Source of the DNA: Amphiscolops sp. MND2022
Taxonomy: Eukaryota
Length of the DNA: 64,000 bases
Direction: 5' to 3'
NCBI GenBank assembly: GCA_964187785.1
Contig: OZ076409.1
Coordinates: forward strand, 96,474,001 to 96,538,000
Shown: one piece after another, positions 51,161 to 60,500 of the stretch
How the letters are laid out: each line of letters begins with the position of its first letter
Position numbering within the stretch: position 1 is the first letter of the stretch
Position numbers and translations under genes: made by a program
Notes under the pieces: model-generated
Databases searched by the model: none
The model's input: the letters and a program-made list of their open reading frames with translations, nothing else
What the model was told of the DNA's origin: nothing

Positions 51161-51920
51161 TTCCATCTGGGAATTAGAAACTGTGACGACAAGCTCTCAC
51201 CATTGTCGCCGTAACCATAAGAGTTAGAGGAACACATGATATGGGTATTTGCCCGGGACAGGCGCCCATGACCATGAGCTCATTTTGCCTCTTTCGGGTA
51301 AAAACTGTCCCGTCAGAGGAGGATTCCGCTTCTTGTGAAGTGCTCGCCGGCCTGATCCAGTCTGTAATTGCTATCAGCAGTGCGCATTACGCTTTTTCTT
51401 CGGAATCAACACTTAGATAGCCTTTAAAAAATGCAAGTGGTGGAAAGGGAAAAATCAAGTTCCTTCGAAGTTACACAGGAGATTGAAATGAGTAGCTCAC
51501 GAGCTGTTACAACAAGTAAATACTAAAATTACTACATAATTAGCACTTTTGAGGCAGCAATTAGCCGGGGACACAAGCACGGATGCTTGGTCAAGCTAAT
51601 TGACTCATTTTTGGTAATCACAGCGTCTTGTAACGCTTCGCTGAAGAAAGCACTGGTTAGAACAAAGTTCAGTCCGTCTTGGCAGAAATTTGAGTCTTTT
51701 TCTGATAGTGGCCGTGTTTTTCTGCAATCTTCTGGTTCGGTCGGGGTCTCTCTCGAGTCTCTTGCTCAAATCCTCTTCAATTCCGTGGACAGGTACTTAA
51801 ATAAAGACACGCTACCGTCTGGCGGAATATGACTCTTTAGTAGAGGAGATATAGTCCCTTGAACGAAATTTTCATCGAAATTTTCGAAATTGTACACTCG
51901 ATAGGTAATCGCTACATACA
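51161..51920 (-). repeat. Candidate 3' LTR of the Gypsy element (starts TGT at 51920 or 51916; distal end not determined)
   Basis: Follows GGGGAG and a short hairpin. No second LTR is in the window to confirm it. Confidence 0.5.
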
Positions 51921-51954
51921 CTCCCCGGGGTCTAGTCTTGACGTCCCCGTCAAG
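51921..51954 (-). promoter_or_regulatory. Candidate polypurine tract with upstream hairpin
   Basis: Minus strand CTTGACG-GGGA-CGTCAAG (perfect 7-bp stem) ...CCCCGGGGAG|TGTATGTAGCG, similar in layout to Gypsy pre-LTR signals. Confidence 0.55.
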
Positions 51955-52927
51955 TGTGGGTTAGCGTCATTGAGTCTGTACCCAGAGTCATCTGTGTCCC
52001 ACTGAGGAGATAGAGTGCACATCAAGTAGCGCTGGACGGTTTGTTGGGACATCGTCAAGTTGGCCTCGTGGAAGTGTTTTTGACCCAGCGTTGCTGCATT
52101 TTGATCAAATCAATACAACTTTGTATACAAATCTTATACGGCAAGGTCATTGCTTTTCGTAGCCTGTCGTGAGCAATTCAGGCGTTAAGATTTCTTTTCG
52201 GCCATTCAAAAAAAAATTTTTATTTGCCGTTAGTGTTAAAACTTGTTTTAAGGTCAACGACCATCACATGACTGTTCGAAACATATTTTCCGAAGCTCGG
52301 GAGCTTCGCACTGCTTGGCGTTTGATAAAAGTTCTTTTGGTAAGCAGTTGCCATAAAATCAATTAATTAGTACGGTCGATTTAAAATTTCTTTTGCGAGA
52401 CTTATTCTCGATCCTATCAGGCAGCTCAAGAAAAACAATGGTCGAGGTTCATCAATCTTTTTATTCTATTCATTTCTCATCTCTCCCTCCTTGTTTCCTT
52501 TTCCTTTATCTTTTCTTTTTATCTTTTTCTACAGTGGCAACAGTGTAAACGATAACTAGCAACTAAAAGGGTGTAATAGCACCGAAAATTTCGAGCACGG
52601 AGTGCGCACAGCGCATCCACATACAGCATAAAGTAGCATGAAAAAGCACTAACTGCAAACACAAATTGCAAATTGAATATTGCATCTAACTAAGGCAAGG
52701 CAAAGACACAGTTTCATGGTTGGGTTGCCGGTCCCAAAACGGAATAACAAAGAGGATGAAGCCCGGGGGCTTCATCCCCATTTGGAGATTTTTACCCATG
52801 ACCAATTGGCATTTCCATAATCGAAGCTTAGCAACAATAGAGATTGAAACCATGAAATTTCGGAAAATTTTATCTAGCATAAGACTATCGAAGTTGGAAA
52901 TTGAATGACGACAAAGTTAGTTCTGTT

Positions 52928-55900
52928 TTACTGGGTGGCAGAGGAGTGACGCGCTCTGGGGGAAACGTCTGCCTTTGGTTGCAGTTCAGACAGAGATCCT
53001 CTTCGCGTATTTCCTCCTCGCAGGACTGGCTTTGGTTCTGCGCTGGCAGTTTCATGGGTCCTAGGAGCCGTATTTGAACCACCAGGGCCATTTTCTGCGG
53101 CTACCGGAGTTGATGCTTCTGGCGAATGTTCTTGCGCTGCATTGGCTGAGCCGCTAACATTGGCAGAACTTGTGGTTGACGTGGAGATTGGGATCTGTAC
53201 ATCCAGTCTACTAGCATTAAACAAGTGTGGTAGATCCAGCGGTCTATTGCGGGTGGCAATCGGTCGTTTCTGTTTCGCGCTGAGTTTCGGGCGCAGATCA
53301 GGTCGGCCCCAGAGCCCGCAGGCTCTGGACCAGTTGTCCTTATTCGCATGCTCTATGATTTGCCTAGAGGCTTCCCATTCGGGTCCGAGGGGGTCACTTA
53401 GCAATTCCATGACGTGGTAGCAGGTCTCCGCTGGCATGTCGCTTCCCATAGTAACCCTCGCCTCTGGATTCCAAACAGGCATTGTCAGTGGGGGGATGAT
53501 CAAACCTTTTAGGCGTCCTTGGCGCTCCTCCAGGGTTCTTGACATCCACACGCCAAGTTTGTAGTGGTCGCGATAAGCATACTGCTCATCAAAGCCCTTC
53601 TCGACCATACTGATTGGCTTGGCTCGGATGTAACCGATGGGTCCTCGCCAGTACCTGGCTGGAAGCTTAATCATTTGGAAATTGTACTCCTGATTCGTGT
53701 GACCGCCCATGGTTTGCACACACTCGGTCACGTACTTCCTGAGGTGTGCGAAACTCCAATTGAATCGCTGTGGGATTCCGAGGTGGTCTAGGGGAGAGTT
53801 ATACCAATTCACCGGGCCGTATTCGCGAGGTAAAGGGCACGCCTTCTTTGTTCGGGCTTTGAGAATACCGGCCAGGTTTTCGTCTTGCTGTGTCTCATTC
53901 TTTATTGTGGTATACATACGTGGTACTAGCAGAAACAGCCCACGTTCGAGCATCTGTTGATAGTTGTGTGGTTTCACGTTCTTCAGATAAGTTAGGATGG
54001 ATACCGTTAAGGTCTCCGAGGCCAGTCTCAGAGGCTTGGTGGGGTATCGGAGTATCCCGGTTGGGCCAAATATCGGAGTTAGCACGGGTGCTAACACCGG
54101 TATAAGATCTTCGACTTCAGCCAAGGTGAAATCTGCCAGCTGGTTGGGTGTCAAAAATCCAGCTACCTCGGTCACTAGCTGACGTCCATCATATAACGGT
54201 TGGTGCTTATCCACCCCCACGAAAAGTCCCGAGGCAAAGACCAGACTGCAATATATCCAGTGATATAATGAAGTTGTCATACGCTCCAGGTGAGCGGGAT
54301 AATCCTGAGCGTCTTTCCGTTGCAACAGCTTGGCTAGGGCGGTGAGGCCTGAGATATTCCCTCGTGCAATCACCAGATATGAAAATAGCCATTCCAGATT
54401 ACACTCTGTAACCAGGTCAGTCAATATCATCATTGGGCCAGCTACAAAGCGTTTCTGCCCGAAAGTGAGCATCAGTGCAAAGAGTTCGTTCACCTGCACG
54501 GTACCGATAATCTCGCTGATTTCGATCAACCAACTCTCCTCTAAATCGAACTCGACTCGAATAACATCGGGACTCCAACCCAATCCCAAACAGATGGCAA
54601 ACTGGTCGGTTGACATCCCAAGCTCCTTTGCAATGTCTGCTACGGTGGTAGTTTGTAGCCGCTGGTACCAGGCGTCGTAGGTGCTGCTGAAGGCTTGGAT
54701 TTCAGCCTGAGTTTCGCTCGTCAATTTTGCAGCAATGTATCTCATTCCCACTGATAATTGATCGATTGTGAGGTCCTTGGCAAATTGAACTCGCGGGATG
54801 GCTCGTTCTACTTCTCGGTCGCTGGGGACTTTGCTCATCGTGGCAGTGACTTCTGCAAGATCGGTTTTGATACAAGTCTTTCCACCGGATGAGCGCGCGC
54901 GCTCTATCCAGTTATTCAGGCGGATTGCCTCGCACTCAGCCGTACTGGGCTCTGGGACTCGTCTTTCTCCGTCCTTATTGAACACCAACAAGCCCATGCG
55001 AGTGCCGTGATCAAAGTAAATGGCATCGTCGATTGTCAGCTGCGCGTTCCCTGTTTTCTCTACTGACTGTAGCACTTTAGATACTGAGGCAATGTACCCC
55101 ATGTAGGACAGCCAGGAGGGGCGAAAGTCATTGGAGCTAATCCGCATATTGGGCGCGCAGATCGCAAAGTCTATTTCTCTGCACTTGCAAACTTCTGTCA
55201 CTATGTATATGAATCTCTGCAAGGCGGGGGGCCATTGGCAAAAAGCTGGGGGTGTCACGAACAGGGCTGGCACCTTGAGTTTGTCTTTCAAGATGTTTTG
55301 GGCTTTCTCCATGGCTCGGGCCATGTTCAATGCTGCATTGCGTACCGTTGTTCGCTGAGCCGGGCTTGGATTCATAATCTCAACATTCGCGATCTGGGCC
55401 ATTAATCCTTCACAGGCCATGTGATCGAAAACGTTGCTGATGATCACTCTACGTGGAGGTGGCTCTTTGAAGGTTCCTGTCATTTCAGGGTCAAACATGG
55501 TGACCAACACTTCGGCCATCTCGGGAATACGTGACAGCGGTAGGGTAAAAACCATCACGTCTGACAACACGTTGTCAATGGGGACATTCTTGAGGAATGT
55601 TGAGTCAATAAGTAAGGCGAAGCGCGCACGCTGCAACCTTTCTTTTGGCATTGGTAGCTGGGCTTCGAGATCACGGGCGTACCGTGGGTTGATCTCAAAG
55701 GTCTCTCCAGCGTTGAGGAAATATCGATCGGCGAATTGCCCACGAAGGTCAATGTTGAGGGCATCTAGGTAATTGTCGTCCACGTTTGGCAGCATATTCA
55801 TTGCCTTCCCTAGCCATGGCGGCTCATTGGTAGGAGTGTGGTCTGGGCGGATTGGACGATTCATAAATACGGGTACATTTGCCTTCTTCAGTTTCGCGTG

Positions 55901-57295
55901 CTCTTCGTCATTTGGAGGACACATGTTTTTCTCGAATAGCCACTCGGGCGATACTATAACTGCCGATTCCCAGATACGTCGGGAATCCTTGGTGACCAAT
56001 GTGCCCTTTGTGTTCTGCATGGGACTCAGGTACGTCGGCTGTTTCGTAAAGGTCCTCTTAGTTGGATGTTGGATCGCCTGTTTCCGGAGCGGGGTTCCAG
56101 TTGGACCACTGTTGGTCACTTTCAACCCTGGATAATCACCCATTATGTCCTTGACAGTTCGCTGGGATACAGGGGTGCCTTGATAACCCACAGTTTGCTC
56201 CGATTGTGGCTGTCCTGACGTGGAGGGCTTAGGAGTCGCTCGTTGAGCCAGCGACTCGCGTGTTGTAGACTGCGTGGATGGTGGTTGCGGCAGTCCTTGT
56301 TGCTCGCCTGTCACGTCCGGTTGTGATTGGGGTGAGGGAAGCACGCATGCTTCCGACACTTTTGACTTCGTTTGGTCTGGCGCTTTGGAGGTTGTGGCCT
56401 TCTCGTTGGAAATCTTTTTGTCAGGTGGTGGCTTGCTCGAGGGGCTGTCACGGGCAGTCAATGGTTGTTGAGTCTTCTTTGTTGGGGAGGGGTCGTTGCG
56501 CTTTCTGGAGGCAGGGCGGCTCTCTCCTCCCCCCTTTTGAGAAGAGCGGGAAGGCGAACGACTGCGTTCCACAGTCACGGTGCGAGAGTGTCCTGGCTGT
56601 TCAGACTGAGGATTGATATGGGGAATAGTGATGACACCTTGACGTGTTTCAGTTGAGGTCGCATTGTCGTTACGAATAGTGACAGTGGGCAGGGCAATTC
56701 GACGTAGCTCTGGCCAACACTGCTCCATGGATCGCATGAAGTCATCGTAATTGGGATTGGCAGCCACTGCTTGTAGCGCTGAAATGACTGCTTGCTCCGC
56801 CATAGATTGATTGGGCAGGCTAGACACTATAGGAGCAGGAGTGCGCGCACGCACTACTGCTTGTGGTGTTGGTGCAGGAGGTGGCGGTGGAGGTGGAGGC
56901 GGGCAAGAAGGGATCTGTAAAGGTCTAGTCTGGTGGACTCCGCCATTCGCAAGACTATACGAGATCGCCGCACGATCATCTGTGAAGTGATGCGTAAGAT
57001 CATGGCCGTGCCACACTCCATCTTGGTACGTCATGGATCGTTGAAATCCAGGAAACCCCGAGGTAATTGATATCGTTAGCATTGGGGCTTGCAATTGTGA
57101 TTCCATCTGGGCAATTATTGCTGCTACCCCGGCCACTGCAGCTGGCGACAGACCTTGGTCAAGTCTGTCTCGAATAAAGGCAATTTGTGGGGTGCGTTGG
57201 ACACGCGCAGTGTCATAGACGCGTTGCCCCAAGGCAGGAGAGTTGTCTGTAGACCTCGGCGGGACGTTGTTGCTTCTATCATTATCTTGGTTCAT
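52928..57295 (-). CDS. Extra ORF of the Gypsy element (1455 aa from ATG 57295; frame open from the pol stop): Pro/Ser/Thr-rich N-terminus, SGNH-hydrolase-like domain, uncharacterised C-terminal region
   Basis: Uninterrupted 4.5-kb frame. SGNH-like blocks FALLIDS / VFTLPLSRI / RVIISNVFDHM / LFVTPPAF / NDFRPSWLSYMGYIASVSKVL. The start codon is uncertain (ATGs also at 57409, 57403, 57340). Confidence 0.85.
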   Translation of the reverse strand: MNQDNDRSNNVPPRSTDNSPALGQRVYDTARVQRTPQIAFIRDRLDQGLSPAAVAGVAAIIAQMESQLQAPMLTISITSGFPGFQRSMTYQDGVWHGHDLTHHFTDDRAAISYSLANGGVHQTRPLQIPSCPPPPPPPPPAPTPQAVVRARTPAPIVSSLPNQSMAEQAVISALQAVAANPNYDDFMRSMEQCWPELRRIALPTVTIRNDNATSTETRQGVITIPHINPQSEQPGHSRTVTVERSRSPSRSSQKGGGESRPASRKRNDPSPTKKTQQPLTARDSPSSKPPPDKKISNEKATTSKAPDQTKSKVSEACVLPSPQSQPDVTGEQQGLPQPPSTQSTTRESLAQRATPKPSTSGQPQSEQTVGYQGTPVSQRTVKDIMGDYPGLKVTNSGPTGTPLRKQAIQHPTKRTFTKQPTYLSPMQNTKGTLVTKDSRRIWESAVIVSPEWLFEKNMCPPNDEEHAKLKKANVPVFMNRPIRPDHTPTNEPPWLGKAMNMLPNVDDNYLDALNIDLRGQFADRYFLNAGETFEINPRYARDLEAQLPMPKERLQRARFALLIDSTFLKNVPIDNVLSDVMVFTLPLSRIPEMAEVLVTMFDPEMTGTFKEPPPRRVIISNVFDHMACEGLMAQIANVEIMNPSPAQRTTVRNAALNMARAMEKAQNILKDKLKVPALFVTPPAFCQWPPALQRFIYIVTEVCKCREIDFAICAPNMRISSNDFRPSWLSYMGYIASVSKVLQSVEKTGNAQLTIDDAIYFDHGTRMGLLVFNKDGERRVPEPSTAECEAIRLNNWIERARSSGGKTCIKTDLAEVTATMSKVPSDREVERAIPRVQFAKDLTIDQLSVGMRYIAAKLTSETQAEIQAFSSTYDAWYQRLQTTTVADIAKELGMSTDQFAICLGLGWSPDVIRVEFDLEESWLIEISEIIGTVQVNELFALMLTFGQKRFVAGPMMILTDLVTECNLEWLFSYLVIARGNISGLTALAKLLQRKDAQDYPAHLERMTTSLYHWIYCSLVFASGLFVGVDKHQPLYDGRQLVTEVAGFLTPNQLADFTLAEVEDLIPVLAPVLTPIFGPTGILRYPTKPLRLASETLTVSILTYLKNVKPHNYQQMLERGLFLLVPRMYTTIKNETQQDENLAGILKARTKKACPLPREYGPVNWYNSPLDHLGIPQRFNWSFAHLRKYVTECVQTMGGHTNQEYNFQMIKLPARYWRGPIGYIRAKPISMVEKGFDEQYAYRDHYKLGVWMSRTLEERQGRLKGLIIPPLTMPVWNPEARVTMGSDMPAETCYHVMELLSDPLGPEWEASRQIIEHANKDNWSRACGLWGRPDLRPKLSAKQKRPIATRNRPLDLPHLFNASRLDVQIPISTSTTSSANVSGSANAAQEHSPEASTPVAAENGPGGSNTAPRTHETASAEPKPVLRGGNTRRGSLSELQPKADVSPRARHSSATQ

Positions 57296-57514
57296 GACGA
57301 CAGTTCTGAAAGAGCGTAGGTCGATTGTAGCACACTTCATCGTAGGGTAACACCATAGGTCATTTAAGGGTAATACCAGGGAAAGTAATAGAATCTCACA
57401 CATTAACATTAAAGAAAAAGATAACGTAATAGTCTCAAATAAACTTCGTGTCGATTCACTAAACTTAACCGAGCGGACAAAAAACAAAAAAAAAAAAGCG
57501 GACAAACGAAAACT

Positions 57515-60500
57515 TTACGGAAAGCTAGCGACGCTTGCAATAGATACGTAAACGCGATCGTGAAGAACGACGGTCAGGGGGGTGTCGGCGAATACGTCCA
57601 TCAAACAGGTATAAAAATCAAAAAGATTACGTATTGGGCGTTCAGGATCAATGATAGCAAAGTGTACTTCTATCGCTTCCAAGCGCTCGAGTAACGTTTT
57701 AAAATGATCAAGACATCCAAAGAGAATATCAGCGAGCATGGGGCAGCGAGGTGTAGCTCGTGTGATTAGAAGGTGGATAGTCTGAGGATGGCCGTCTATC
57801 AAAGACGTGGGTAGCGTTACAATATTGCCAACCTCCGGTCGAAGTTGAAAGATTGCATCTGCACCATGCTCACGAATGACGTAACGAAGAGCGGCAGAAT
57901 TAGTTTCCAGATTTGCGGGACAACATAAAACGATATGATGGGGAGTCTGCAGGAAGTCCGTATTGGCATACTGCACATAGTCAACCAATTGAGGTCTCGC
58001 GGCTCCATGATACACTAACTCTCGTCCGGGGTCCTTGGAAAGAGCATCGTCACATGCATTCGGGAGGAGGCCCTTGATTGCGCCCAAATCTTGCCATACA
58101 GATCGCGGCAATGATTGATTATCGATGTTAGCCCTGGACCATGTATCCAGTGCGTGCAGGGCCGATTGGAGGGATACAGGACTAGGAAATGAGTGTGTCC
58201 ATTCGTCCAAGAATCTAATTCGTGAGAAATTTGATAAAATTGCTATAATAAGTTCCAGCCACCATTCAAACTTAATTTTACCACGATATAGGTCTATCGT
58301 GTGGAAACAAGTGATTTTATCAGGAGAGGCCATCGTCCGCAAACTCTCCAGACAGGTGTTCAAGTTAGTGGGATGGACCAAGTCGGATGCTTGCTTGGCC
58401 GTAACTAGTAGCCACCAGTTGCTTGTAGGCTGATAAACGTCTCCTGGTTTTGCTGTGACGTTGTATTTGTCGTACAAGAGGTCAGCAGGAATACAGCGTA
58501 TCATTTGGATAGGCTCTCGCTCATAGTTAAAAGGACCAAAAGCAATATTTGTAGGCAAAGGGGGAACAGTGATGGGTAAGGTGAACTCCAAACCAACAAG
58601 ATCATAGGTCCACTCCTTGAATCTTGGGCACGGAGCCTTTGCTATCGTAGAATCTTTCATTTTGGATAGGATATAGTCCACGGGATATGGAGTTTCACTG
58701 CGTTGTAGCCCAGTGTAGGTTTTCTCGGCTCGAATAACCAAACGGTCAACCATTCCGCTCGGAAGTGATTTCTCCTGTTCAAGTGCTAATAGGACTCCCT
58801 GGGATTTGATTGGGAAGTCCGCGTGGATCATGTAGTTACATTCGCAGTTACGTAGGCCACATGTTCCGCAACGATATCTGGGAATGCGATTGCGTCGCAG
58901 TCCATAACGAGCGTTGGTCGATTCTGGCGGTGTTGCTTGATCTGAGGTAACCGCCGCGCTAGGGGCAGAAGAGTCAGTGTCCATTGATGGGGTGTTACGA
59001 ATATGGGTAGGAGTGTTAGGTCTGGCGTGCGTCGTACGAGGAGGTCTACCTCTGGGACGGCCTTTTTTGCGAGCGCCTCTAATAGCACCTCTCCGTTGGT
59101 GTCCACGTGGTAGCGAGGCTCGCGGCCTTGCTCTGCCTGGCGGACGTCCCCGGGGTCCACACCCTCTAGGAGCATTGGGGAGCTTCGTGGTAGTAGCTGC
59201 ATCATTGTTGATGGGATTTGTTGTAGGGGGAATTGATCCCTTTTCGTTATTGGTCGTTGGTGTGTCAGCACCGTCGTCGTCCGGGGTTGGGTTGAGGTCA
59301 TTGTTATCGATTAGGGGCCAAATGGGAAAGTTACTCAACATATCCGTAAGAGATGGATTTGTCAATAATGGGGCGGATGTACCGGTCAAAGAAGTGGCGG
59401 CACTTTCGGTGGGTACGTGGATATTAGGATTCGGGGCGACATCTAATGCGTCTGGTACTGCTTCATTCTCTGAAAATAGAGCCTCCATAGCAGGTAGTGG
59501 TGATATTGGCATTTCGGGAATAGGCGCAGGCTCGTCTACTTGTGATGACAAGACAACACTTTCGTCAGGATTTGCGTGAGCACTCGATAGGAGTACATCA
59601 GAACGTTCATCGTCAGACTCAGTCGAAGAGTAGCCAAATTGTTGATAATGTAGGCGGCTGCCACCTGCGCGCATGTGTGTGCGTAACCGTGTGTCCATCC
59701 AATGTCTTTGTCGAGAAGGCAAAGAGGCATCACTGGCTTCCGAAATTGGTTCCTCCACACGGTAAGAAGGTTGCGAAACATCGTCTCTCACCTCCTCATG
59801 GGATTGTTCTGGATCAGGGTCCATGATAATAGCAACCTCGCCGTTATGCGCAGGAACAGCTGCCCATTCTGTTGGACCACCATGATGCGGTTTCAATCGT
59901 TCGAAATGCACTTTCTGCCCAGTGTCAAGTATGTAAACACGTCCCTCTTGTAGCACTCGTGCTACTTTGTGAGGACCACGCCACGCTCTCATCAGTTTAG
60001 GAGATCCCTTTTGAGGAATGTATCGGCAGAATACCCAAACAGGTTCGCCCACTTCGTAGGCCTTAGCACGAATTGCTCTGTCGTACTTCAATTTTTGTCG
60101 TTGTTGGGCTTGATGCGTGTTGCGACGGACTAAGTCATGAATCTCTTGTTGTCGAGCCAGCACATGTTCCACATAGGCTTCGTGTGATTCGAATGACTGA
60201 GTTGCAAATTCCGGATACAAAAAGGTCAGGGGTATAGCTTTTTCCATGCCTCTGGTTAGCATATACGGGGAAAACCCAGTGGTGGCATGACGTGTGGAGT
60301 TGTATGCACCCATAACTTCATCTAGGTACTGATCCCAGTCACGCATTCGTCTAGAGCAGAATACACGCAGTAGGGTGAGTAGCGTTCGGTTTTGTCGTTC
60401 TACCAACCCTTGAGTCCTGGGGTGGCCAGCAGTCGAGGTTACTTTGGTCACTTGGGCTGCTTTCATAAACTCAGCAGATACTGCCGCGGTGAAGTTGGGA

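Noticed and set aside
50839..51237. ER-repeat ORFs spanning the gap
   Set aside because: Artefact of the (CT)n microsatellite plus Ns.
52928..57505. Calling the 1525-aa ORF env, gag or a host gene
   Set aside because: No envelope architecture, no Zn knuckle or capsid motif seen, and it lies downstream of pol. It is intronless and between pol and the candidate PPT, unlike the spliced host genes here.
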